The notes below the pieces were generated by a model. That model was not told the origin of the DNA and made no database searches. It saw only the letters and a list, made by a program, of their open reading frames with translations. DNA of 64,000 bases from an uncultured archaeon. Lineage in GTDB: Archaea > Thermoplasmatota > Penumbrarchaeia > JASLWR01. Both the position numbers and the translations under genes were made by a program. The stretch lies in the NCBI GenBank assembly GCA_964342815.1, contig CAYFHS010000002.1, forward strand, positions 32,001 through 96,000. Direction: 5' to 3'. Of the stretch, positions 38,011 to 46,857 are shown piece by piece (positions within the stretch are counted from its first letter, which is position 1; every line of letters starts with the position of its first letter).

Positions 38011-39834
38011 TCACTTCAACTTCATCTCGATGGTGCGGATGCTGTCTTTGTATTCCTTCCTCAATCCCGCGTAATCGGTCTTTGAAATGCTCTTGTTCTC
38101 GAATTCTTCACGCAGGAGGCGAAGGGCAGTTCTTTTCTCTTTCAGATCCCGCTTAAGTTTATTTTTATCCTCTCCATCATCCTTCTGCGGCCACCGGTCC
38201 CTCCGCTTCGATTTGCGGGTGGTGGTTTTTTTCTCCGTTTCCGGTTTTTTCTCCGTTTTTACCGTCTTGAGAGCCGGTTTTCTTGATGATAACATCCAGA
38301 CTCCCAGTATTATAACGACAACTATGATGATGATCACCAGATAAACGTTGGTATAATCCGAGCCGTCCTCTTGGGGGAAATCATCGGGATCAAGAGGATT
38401 TGTGCGTGCCCTATATTCTTTGATGTTCGAAAAACCGTCTTCGTCCTTGTCATAGGAGGAATCGTCGCCAAAAGGATCCAGTCCGTACTTGTATTCCCAT
38501 TTGTCCGGCATCCCGTCCTCGTCCCTGTCTGTTTCCTCACTCATCTCCTGTTCAACAATTTTTCGTATGTATATATCCCGTCTTCCGCCGATCTTCACCG
38601 TAGGTTCCTCACACACCACATAGCACCCGGGGTCATAGGCAATTATCCCTGAAGCTCCCGCATCCCGTTTGCCGTTGCTGATCGAAATCTCCTTCTCGAC
38701 CGGGAAACCTTCTTCTCCTCTTTGATTATGTCTCAGGTAAATGTCATATCCGTTTCTAAACACCAGATAACGATCACCGTCCGATGCGATGCCCAGGGAT
38801 GGAAGCATCTGCTCGTGCTGGGAGAGATTGTTCACCGGCGGGTACACTCCACTGGGAAAATAATCGCCGGAATCGCTCGATGTTACCCAAAAGATCCAAT
38901 GATCGTCCTTACCTTCCCGGTCATCATTCCACAGGACGTAGAGTATGCCGCTCCCCTCTCCGAATATCTGCGGTTTTCCTACCTGAAATGGACCCTCGTT
39001 CGGGTAGGTGAGCTTGTCCAGCTTGTCTATGGATCTGGGAGTATTAAATGTTCCCTCCGTGTGCAGCGCCCTGCTGAAATATATTCTACTGCCTGCTTCC
39101 CAGGTGCAGTATGCGTAGGTGTCGTCTGCGAAAATTGATGATGAGTTGCAGTTACCCTTATTGGGATTGGAAACTATCTTGGGCTCCGAAAAGGAATTGC
39201 CCCCATCATTGGATTTAGAGAAGTAGAGCTGGGTACCCTCTGTCTGATTGCCGGACGCGAGGAAGCTGCAGTATATCTTTCCGGTGGGGGCAACTCCAAT
39301 GGACGGGGCGCGAACGGACTCATATTCCCCAGTTATTTCACTTACATCCGCAAAAGTGCTTCCCCGGTCAACGGATTTTGCAAAAAAGACGGTCTCGTTG
39401 CCGTCATCACGGTCCTGTTCCCACGCAAGGTAATACCAGTTTGTCATGTCAGCAATGGCCAGGTCGGCATTTCCCATTCCTTTACCGGCAGGAAGATTGA
39501 TGGTGAAAGGTTCCTCGAAATCGTCCCCCCAGTACTGAGAGCGGCTTATCTTGAATACACTTTCAGATGCCCCCGGAGCGTAATGCTCCCAAATGGCGAC
39601 GGCGGCACCCACTGCATCTTTCCTCACTATCGGATTTCGATTCGCTCCTCCAATATTTTCGCTGATAACGGTGGTTTTCTCGATCACAAGTTCGAGGGGG
39701 ACCGATACAGGACCTTCCGGCATGAAATCCTCATCCTGCGACCTGCCGATACCCGATAGAAATGAGAATACCATTAACAGCAGTACTGAGACGACCAGTA
39801 TTGAAAGAATGTTGCTGAATTTTTGTTCTGCCAT
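38011..39834 (-). CDS. BNR/Asp-box propeller with DxDxDG (TSP3-like) motif, TM and cytoplasmic coiled coil
   Basis: SVDRGSTF, SNDGGNSF, SSDSGDYF; DRDEDGMPDKWE..DKDEDGFSNIKE; TM; helical C-terminus. Confidence 0.85.
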   Translation of the reverse strand: MAEQKFSNILSILVVSVLLLMVFSFLSGIGRSQDEDFMPEGPVSVPLELVIEKTTVISENIGGANRNPIVRKDAVGAAVAIWEHYAPGASESVFKISRSQYWGDDFEEPFTINLPAGKGMGNADLAIADMTNWYYLAWEQDRDDGNETVFFAKSVDRGSTFADVSEITGEYESVRAPSIGVAPTGKIYCSFLASGNQTEGTQLYFSKSNDGGNSFSEPKIVSNPNKGNCNSSSIFADDTYAYCTWEAGSRIYFSRALHTEGTFNTPRSIDKLDKLTYPNEGPFQVGKPQIFGEGSGILYVLWNDDREGKDDHWIFWVTSSDSGDYFPSGVYPPVNNLSQHEQMLPSLGIASDGDRYLVFRNGYDIYLRHNQRGEEGFPVEKEISISNGKRDAGASGIIAYDPGCYVVCEEPTVKIGGRRDIYIRKIVEQEMSEETDRDEDGMPDKWEYKYGLDPFGDDSSYDKDEDGFSNIKEYRARTNPLDPDDFPQEDGSDYTNVYLVIIIIVVVIILGVWMLSSRKPALKTVKTEKKPETEKKTTTRKSKRRDRWPQKDDGEDKNKLKRDLKEKRTALRLLREEFENKSISKTDYAGLRKEYKDSIRTIEMKLK

Positions 39835-39846
39835 GACACTGCCCCG

Positions 39847-40662
39847 CTAATCCAATAACTCAATGGAAGTTCGGTAGGTGGAATGAAGTTCGACGATATC
39901 CCGGTTCTGCCTAGCCGTTAGCTCGTGGAAAATAATTGATCGTCCTTGCGTTAGCCCGGAATGTTTTACGGCCAGTACGTCCCATAGGACAATCTTCATG
40001 GACGAGGTTGTATCCATGAGAATGACGTTCAGAACGTGGCCCGTGCTCCCGCTTCTCCGAGTGAAATCCCTAAGGTCAAATACTGTGGCGATCTCTCCCT
40101 TTACGCTGTACGTACCCCCTACCTGGATATCCTCTATAGGTGTTATATTCTTCTTTTTCTCCGGTGGAGCTTCAAATTCAGAGAAGTCTTCCGGGTCTAA
40201 AACTACGGCACCCCATTTGCCCGGTGATATCTGTCTCCCGTAGTTGTTCTCTTTCACCATTCCGTTGGCGATCTTTATTTTAGAACCTGTTTCAATTTTC
40301 TTTTCCAATAATGTATCAATGCACTTCTCGTCCCATATCACTACTTTTATCCGTCCCGTGGCATCCCCTATGGTGAAGCTAAGCATCTTCCCTTCCTTCC
40401 CGGTCTTTCTTCTATAGTTATTCACCTCAAGTTCGGAGATTACGAGACCGTAAATTGTGGCTGAGAGACCATCGGTGAGGTCTTTTATGGGAATGGATGA
40501 CGCAAGGTCGATGCCCAAATGACTGGCGGCAATATAGGAGGCAGCCAGCCTGTCGAAAAGGTCTCCGGAATCTGCCAATACAGATTCAGTCTTCTCAACG
40601 TAGCTTTCGAACAATCCCCCCTTTGCTGCGAGAGCGTCGATTTCCTCCTGTGTGAAGGGCAT
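39847..40662 (-). CDS. rpa: replication protein A / archaeal SSB (two OB folds)
   Basis: Two OB folds: G..L..FTIGDATGRIKVVIWD and GHVLNVILMDTTSSMKIVLWD. Confidence 0.8.
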   Translation of the reverse strand: MPFTQEEIDALAAKGGLFESYVEKTESVLADSGDLFDRLAASYIAASHLGIDLASSIPIKDLTDGLSATIYGLVISELEVNNYRRKTGKEGKMLSFTIGDATGRIKVVIWDEKCIDTLLEKKIETGSKIKIANGMVKENNYGRQISPGKWGAVVLDPEDFSEFEAPPEKKKNITPIEDIQVGGTYSVKGEIATVFDLRDFTRRSGSTGHVLNVILMDTTSSMKIVLWDVLAVKHSGLTQGRSIIFHELTARQNRDIVELHSTYRTSIELLD

Positions 40663-40780
40663 AATATACTAAACACAATCAATGTATTTGTAAATTACTG
40701 TAATGAATTGACGCCGCCTGCTTCGAGGAACGAGAGGGATATGGAAATATTTTTATCGGGTCGGGGTGATGGGGTAGCTG

Positions 40781-41167
40781 ATGACCGAAGGGTGTTTATT
40801 CTGTGATTTGGATAAAAATAATGATCGTGAGATACTATTTTCCTCCGAAAGGCTCGTGGCTGTATGGGATGCTTTTCCGGTAACTCCGGGACATATTCTT
40901 ATTATTAGCAAAAAACACAGAAACGATTTTTTCGAGTTGGAGGGAACGGAGTACCATGAACTGCAGGGTATGATACTGCGAGCCCGGGAATTTATCAAAA
41001 ACGAAGGAAAATCCCCTGACGGATACAACATAGGAATGAACTGCAATGAAGCTGCGGGTCAGACCATCATGCACTTTCACTGTCACGTGATTCCACGCTA
41101 CCGGGGCGATACAATGAAACCGAGAGGCGGCGTAAGACACTGTGTTGCCGGCAAGGGAATTTATTGA
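40781..41167 (+). CDS. HIT family nucleotide hydrolase
   Basis: CLFC, DAFPVTPGHILII, AAGQTIMHFHCHVIPR histidine triad. Confidence 0.92.
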   Translation: MTEGCLFCDLDKNNDREILFSSERLVAVWDAFPVTPGHILIISKKHRNDFFELEGTEYHELQGMILRAREFIKNEGKSPDGYNIGMNCNEAAGQTIMHFHCHVIPRYRGDTMKPRGGVRHCVAGKGIY

Positions 41168-41237
41168 TGAATTTTGATGAAGCATATTGGTTTATCAACA
41201 GAATTGTCGATTGCTGTTTCCTGCATCCTCGTGGGAC

Positions 41238-42062
41238 TTATGGAAGTAGCGGACACCTCTTTTCCGTTACCCTTATCCTTTCGAGAACTCCCCGGGATAT
41301 TGTCAATGGTGAAAAACTCGACAAAAAGTCGAGATTTGCAGCTTGACAATGTTCGCGGAATCGCGGTCCCGAAGGGCCGATTCCGCTGAATAGAACACAT
41401 TTATCCCTGTTCATTGACGCGCTTCCAAGCAGCCATTCGACTATTTCCCGGCAGTGAAGGGCTCCGAAGAACGCCACTGCGCTGTTGTCCCTTCTCATCA
41501 ACTCGAAGATCAAGTGTTCCAACATGACCATGCTTCTTCGGGTTATACTGCGCTTGTAAAATTTCTCCGCACCGACCTCATCTACGATCTCTATTATCCC
41601 TCTCCAGTAATTCTCCAAACTTTCTCTCATTCCACCAATAAGAAGAAACCTGGTGGAAAGTGATTCAAGATATAGGATATACATTTCCGAGGCGGCCTGA
41701 TCCCTCTCCTCTGGAGTCTCGACGTAGGCGATCTCTTTGCCGTTTTCCAATGAATAATTCTCTGCCCACCTTTCCGGTATGAATGTCTCTCCGAGGGAGG
41801 AGTAACCGGCCCTCTGAATCAGCGAAACTGCCTCGTCGACGAAAAGTTCCTCGATCTCGGCAGGGTACCCAAGCTCCTCGAGGATACCTTGAATAATTCC
41901 GACCTGATGACGGCTCAAGGCCTCCTTAACTTTCGGCAGTACATCACTGACACCTGCAACGAGAGGATGCTCGAACACGATAGTGTTTGCCCCGTGGATC
42001 AATGGTGCAAGAGTTGTCGAAATATCTTTGTCGAGAATATGATGAGTCCCAACAAGTACTAT
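41238..42062 (-). CDS. TraB/GumN(TIKI)-like protein; frame open to ATA 42062, first canonical start TTG 42002
   Basis: IVLVGTHH upstream of the called start, IVFEHP, and AVAFFGALH match the GTxH..E..GAxH pattern. Confidence 0.55.
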   Translation of the reverse strand: MVLVGTHHILDKDISTTLAPLIHGANTIVFEHPLVAGVSDVLPKVKEALSRHQVGIIQGILEELGYPAEIEELFVDEAVSLIQRAGYSSLGETFIPERWAENYSLENGKEIAYVETPEERDQAASEMYILYLESLSTRFLLIGGMRESLENYWRGIIEIVDEVGAEKFYKRSITRRSMVMLEHLIFELMRRDNSAVAFFGALHCREIVEWLLGSASMNRDKCVLFSGIGPSGPRFREHCQAANLDFLSSFSPLTISRGVLERIRVTEKRCPLLP

Positions 42063-42130
42063 TCAGTATAACACCTTGCTTTGTGTTGAGAAAAAAACTA
42101 TAAAAAGCTAAAGGGACCGTGAAATTTACC

Positions 42131-45100
42131 TTATAAATTCCATGATTCCAGCCCCTCTTGCGCTTGAGAGGTGTCATGTCGTTCTTCCGAATCATCTTCC
42201 TCTGCGTCCTCATCCCAATCGGTATCGGTAAACGCTTCGGGGCCGTACGAATGCATGGATTCATCCTCATCCTCGCCCTCATTCCCATCCATATCCTCGC
42301 CCTCATTCCCATCCATATCCTCGCCCTCATTCCCATCTATATCCTTATCCTCATTCCCATCTATATCCTTATCCTCATTCCCATCTATATCCTCACCCTC
42401 ATTCCCATCCATATCCTCACCCTCATTCCCTTCCATGTCCTTATTCTCATCCGCATCCTCAACCTCGCCCTCATTCCCTTCCATGCCCTTATTCCCATCC
42501 GCGTCCTCAACCTCGCTCTCATTTCCATCCATATCCTCCCCCTCATTCCCATCTATATCCTTATCCTCATTCCCATAATCATCCCCGTTTTGATCCCCGT
42601 CATAGTGGCCATAGTCTTCCGAAGCATACATCACTTTTCCCGAATCATCCGTCCGCATAGGAACCAGGTCGACAATATCGTGTTCGTCGTTTTTCGAGAA
42701 CCAATCTTCCTCCTCACTGTGCGACATTGTCGGGTATTCTTCAAAATCCGACTGATAGTTGTTATCTGCGAACGATTCGGAAAAATACTCTCCCTCGTCC
42801 TCATATTCGATGGAATCTTCTTCGCCGTATTTTTCGAATGATTCCCAGTCCTGGGAAGTATTCTCCGGCAAAAGATATTCCTCCTCGATCTCCCCATGAG
42901 AAATATATAAGGCGTCGCCTCGGCTCGTATCTTCAAACATTGGATAAGGCTCTCTCTCTAGATCGGAAACTGGAAATTCTGCATCCTTTCCCGGCCCCAT
43001 TATTCCGGAACGGCTACCGGAAGTTTTCCGTTTCCGAATCCCTCTTTCACCATATAGACGGATAGCCTCTTTCTCCATATTTTCAGCTTCTTCATCCGGC
43101 TCATTGAGAGATTCTTTTCTCTTTTTCCGCTTTGATGAATATATAACGAGCAATATTATCACCAGTACCAGGATGGAGACAATGATCAGAAAAATGTACT
43201 GGTATGCAGGACTCATTGGAAGGAACGACATCATTCCGGAACCGCCGTCATCCTCATTTTTATCCGTTATCGTGATCCTCCTCTGGTAAATGCTGCTTTC
43301 AAGCCCGGAGGCATCCCTCACCCTGAGACCGGCCGTAAAGGTTCCTTCTTTCGAATATGAATGAGTGACGTTCTCCATGGTCACCCAGTTGCTGAAGGTT
43401 CCGTCTCCGTAGATGTATTTGTACGTCCCCACTCCCATATTGTCCGATGATTCGGAAGCCGAGAAGGTCATCACCTCACCTTTTTCCACGTCATCCGTTA
43501 GGGGTTTGAAAAATGCACTGGGCGGCGTGGTGTCCAGTTTGAAGATAAAGGAGTTTGGGGTCTCGCGGTTTCCGGCCATATCAACGGAATAGTAATAAAA
43601 CACATGCTCTCCGTCCTCCAGCTCATCCCCCAATGTTCGCTGGAACTCCCTTACTTTCATATCATAATCAAAATAATAATACGTTTTGAAGACGTCTTTG
43701 GAAAAGGACTCCAGCTCAAGTGTTATATTGTTGTACCAGTCATTATCCCCGTCAGGGAACATGGGCTCCCTGGTGAATCTTGTGATGGGCGGATTGACAT
43801 CGATGATTATCTCAATATGTTGAGTTTCCTCCTTGTTGTTCGCGGTATCCACCGAGTAAAAGGAAAGATTGTGCGAGCCGATGGTGGGTATGATCTCATC
43901 CATGAGCGGATCGTAAACCAGCGGAAGTTGATCGTCCCAGTAAAAGTAGCTTACCGCTTCCGGATCATCGCTATAGAAATATATCTCCGGTATGCTGGTA
44001 TAGATTCCATTGGTCCCATCTGGTTCCTCGGGGAACAGGGTAATCGTGGTGATGGGAGATATCGTATCGGTCCTGATAACCACTTCCTTAAGGTACTCCT
44101 GATTTCCCGCTTCGTCAATTGAATAGAACGAGAGAACGTGCTCTCCTTCAGGCGATTCGAGATATCTGTTGTAGAGATTAAAGGTATCCCCGTCCCAGGA
44201 ATAAAGAGTTTCAACCAGCTCATCCGCGATAAGCTCTATACGTACCGTCTCGTTGTACCATTCGCTGCTATCAACTGGTGAATCATCGATTCTCATGTCT
44301 GCAACCGTTATGGGGGCCATGGTGTCGATTTTCAGAATCATTTCTTTCGGCTTTTCAATGTTCCCCGCCTCATCTTCGGACCAATAATAAAGAACATGCT
44401 CCCCTTCGAGGGTTCCGACATTCCCATCGTACAGCTTCTCATCACCGTCATCCCACTTGTAAAATATCTTTGCCTCGGGCTCGCCCGATAGCTCGATGTT
44501 GGGATGTGTGACGTACCAGCCGTTGAATAGAGGACCGTCGGGTTTCTCGGGGATCAGTAACATGACGGTTTCCGGGAGAAGAGTGTCAACCATGTAATTG
44601 TACGTTCGGGTCAACTCCCGGTTGGAGTATTCGTCAACCGAATAGAAGTTTAGATTATTGATGCCCTCGGGAACTTGAAATGCAGATGTATAGATATTTG
44701 TCTCATTTTCCTCATCATTCCAGTAATAGTAGGTTGTTGCTAAGGGCTCGGTGCTCAGGGAGATCTCAGGTTCGGTAACATAATAACCGTTCTTGCCATC
44801 CGGGACCACGGGATTTACCGATATGGTGGTCACCGGAGGAAGTGTATCCATGTGTATTATCCCGAAATCATAGTTGGCACCCTCATCAGCCGTTACAATC
44901 ATGATGACCGTGGAAAACGTCGAGCCGAAACCGGGAAGAGGGTGTTTGCCGTAATCCGAGGCGTCTAGATTCATATAGTCCACTTCCACGCTCGTAGAGC
45001 CCATCTTGACAACCCATACCGCAAAATCGTTACCTCCCCCTTTTCCCTTGAATTCCAGACCAAAACCTTCCTGGCCATTCCTGAACTTGTAGTAATCGGC

Positions 45101-46324
45101 ACCCCATCGATTCACGCTGGAGCTGTCCGATATGGGTATGGAACTGTACGTTTCTTCCAGGTCAACCTTTATGTTCAGATTGGAATAGCCGTATTTTCCT
45201 TCGTCAATGCTGGTATCGTCCAGATAATTCGCCACAAGCCAATTCAGATAAGCATCCAGGGCATTGTCGGAGTACCCCAGGGAGGAAAGCACGTTAGATA
45301 CGCCGTTGAAACCGTTTCCCGAATTGGATATCAACGCTTTGGTGAATGTATCCCCTCCGTACTGATCCGCAAGATAGGAAATCCATGCTGCAGTAGAACC
45401 GTAGTCATACGGGTAATTGTCGAAACGTGTGAGGTCGTTGTCGGGGTAAGCTTCGAAATAGCGGAGGTGGCTCCTGACGCCCCCTGCGTTCTGGCCGTAT
45501 GCCTTTATTATAGCCCAATCCGCGCAGCCTTCGTTTATCCACAGGTTCTCATTCGCATCCTTGCTGTGGTGAAGAAGATGTTGATACTCGTGGGCCAGTA
45601 TCTCAAAGCCCCAGCCGTTGATGTCCGCACTGTCCACATAGACCCTTTTGGGCCGCGATCCAGTGAAGAAACCCCCAACACCGCCGCCGCCGTCGGACTC
45701 CGGAGAGCCGCCGTCGCGATAATAGACATACACATCGATCTTGAATCCCACGGTACCGAATGCTTCCTCATTGCTGGGCCATATCTTGTTGTCGAATTCG
45801 TTCTTCAGGCTCTCGAAGCTGTTGGAACCTGTCTCTACATAGATATCGCAATAGGTCCCGGTATTGGTCTTGGTATATCCGTCCCATTTGCGGGTGCTTT
45901 CCTCGGGGATATCATCGGGCTCGATCTCCATGAGGTCGTCACGGGCCAGAAGTTCCAGGTATTTCATGTTGAAGAATGTACTGGCATCGAAGGCAATGGG
46001 GACGCCTTCGTCAGTATATTCCTGTGGGATTTCCTTCGACCACTCAACCATCTCATGGTACCATTCGTCGAAATACCCGTACGATAAGCGTGTAGCGATA
46101 TCGGTCTTCGAGGGAACTGGCAAAGCTGGCGCACTGGTTTCACCCGTCCTCACATCGGTCTGCCGGGAGAGATCGAAGGTTCCCGCGGCGGATACAATGA
46201 GTACGGCCACAAGGAAAAAACAGCTCAGAATGATACGGCGGCTCATACGGTTCCCTCTTAACTTAACCTCTAACAAAGACCGGTAACAATATACGAGTAT
46301 AAATATATAAGATTTATAGAGCAA
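42131..46324 (-). CDS. secreted HExxH metallopeptidase (M6/M30-like) with tandem beta-sandwich repeats, PKD, TM and acidic repeat tail; likely start 46246
   Basis: ILAHEYQHLLH..WINEGCAD; repeated PxT...G.NG.Y...P.I.L...YYxWD....Y......EG.H.L.FYSVD.AGN.E; TM; D/E-rich tail. Confidence 0.88.
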   Translation of the reverse strand: MLYKSYIFILVYCYRSLLEVKLRGNRMSRRIILSCFFLVAVLIVSAAGTFDLSRQTDVRTGETSAPALPVPSKTDIATRLSYGYFDEWYHEMVEWSKEIPQEYTDEGVPIAFDASTFFNMKYLELLARDDLMEIEPDDIPEESTRKWDGYTKTNTGTYCDIYVETGSNSFESLKNEFDNKIWPSNEEAFGTVGFKIDVYVYYRDGGSPESDGGGGVGGFFTGSRPKRVYVDSADINGWGFEILAHEYQHLLHHSKDANENLWINEGCADWAIIKAYGQNAGGVRSHLRYFEAYPDNDLTRFDNYPYDYGSTAAWISYLADQYGGDTFTKALISNSGNGFNGVSNVLSSLGYSDNALDAYLNWLVANYLDDTSIDEGKYGYSNLNIKVDLEETYSSIPISDSSSVNRWGADYYKFRNGQEGFGLEFKGKGGGNDFAVWVVKMGSTSVEVDYMNLDASDYGKHPLPGFGSTFSTVIMIVTADEGANYDFGIIHMDTLPPVTTISVNPVVPDGKNGYYVTEPEISLSTEPLATTYYYWNDEENETNIYTSAFQVPEGINNLNFYSVDEYSNRELTRTYNYMVDTLLPETVMLLIPEKPDGPLFNGWYVTHPNIELSGEPEAKIFYKWDDGDEKLYDGNVGTLEGEHVLYYWSEDEAGNIEKPKEMILKIDTMAPITVADMRIDDSPVDSSEWYNETVRIELIADELVETLYSWDGDTFNLYNRYLESPEGEHVLSFYSIDEAGNQEYLKEVVIRTDTISPITTITLFPEEPDGTNGIYTSIPEIYFYSDDPEAVSYFYWDDQLPLVYDPLMDEIIPTIGSHNLSFYSVDTANNKEETQHIEIIIDVNPPITRFTREPMFPDGDNDWYNNITLELESFSKDVFKTYYYFDYDMKVREFQRTLGDELEDGEHVFYYYSVDMAGNRETPNSFIFKLDTTPPSAFFKPLTDDVEKGEVMTFSASESSDNMGVGTYKYIYGDGTFSNWVTMENVTHSYSKEGTFTAGLRVRDASGLESSIYQRRITITDKNEDDGGSGMMSFLPMSPAYQYIFLIIVSILVLVIILLVIYSSKRKKRKESLNEPDEEAENMEKEAIRLYGERGIRKRKTSGSRSGIMGPGKDAEFPVSDLEREPYPMFEDTSRGDALYISHGEIEEEYLLPENTSQDWESFEKYGEEDSIEYEDEGEYFSESFADNNYQSDFEEYPTMSHSEEEDWFSKNDEHDIVDLVPMRTDDSGKVMYASEDYGHYDGDQNGDDYGNEDKDIDGNEGEDMDGNESEVEDADGNKGMEGNEGEVEDADENKDMEGNEGEDMDGNEGEDIDGNEDKDIDGNEDKDIDGNEGEDMDGNEGEDMDGNEGEDEDESMHSYGPEAFTDTDWDEDAEEDDSEERHDTSQAQEGLESWNL
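42271..42576 (-). repeat. 24-bp coding tandem repeat (D[IM]DGNE[GD][EK])
   Basis: Plus-strand unit cctcattcccatccatatcctcgc and variants repeated in tandem. Confidence 0.85.
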
Positions 46325-46481
46325 TGTTTCAAGTTATTCGAACATTACTACCCGTTTTCACCTCGTATACGATAGTCTTTGGAATTTGAACACAATCATA
46401 TAATGCCCTTTAATATTATAGTATTTTGTTTCGTGGTTATCAAATTTCATAAAAAACAACACGAGAAGTTACAAAACTTGA

Positions 46482-46661
46482 TTAAATACACCGTGCACGG
46501 TTGAGAAGTTCACAAAAGTCAATGGTATAGTTCAAGATATGAACAAACCTCTTTGCTACATCATCATTCAAGGCCCTCGACACTAAAACGGGAGGGACCC
46601 TCCAGTAGACTGAATGACTATAGTGCAAATTAACTTTCTTGAATCCCGCTTCCTCTAACTC
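46482..46661 (-). pseudogene. possible SAM-methyltransferase 3' remnant
   Basis: ELEEAGFKKVNLHYSHSVYW..; the LEEAGF motif is common near methyltransferase C-termini; no intact 5' part. Confidence 0.3.
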
Positions 46662-46704
46662 AGTTCATCTAGGATCAGTGCGGCAGAGAATTTTCGTGAA
46701 AACA

Positions 46705-46759
46705 TCGCATAACTCCCCTTTACCGAACTTATTGTTCGTGAATCGGGGAGTTATGGCGA
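46705..46759. repeat. short attC-like hairpin G (55 bp)
   Basis: cataactcccc 46708-18 and ggggagttatg 46745-55 form a perfect 11-bp stem; inner cgaac/gttcg; AAC...GTT outer boxes. Confidence 0.5.
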
Positions 46760-46857
46760 AATACCGTGTCCACCAAATTGTAATGAAATAAATATAGGCT
46801 GACGTAATTTTAAAGTAGTTGAAAAAGAATCTATAGATTACAAATAATGAATAAAAA

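Noticed and set aside
41164-41389. Two short plus-strand ORFs after HIT
   Set aside because: They overlap the 3' end of the convergent 41238 gene and have no motifs.
42063-42065. In-frame TGA as selenocysteine
   Set aside because: No redox-motif context, no SECIS-like element recognised, and only three codons lie upstream to a GTG.
42158-42841. 227-aa ILIPI-repeat ORF that looks like a membrane protein
   Set aside because: Reverse-frame translation of the acidic 24-bp tandem repeat in 42131..46324.
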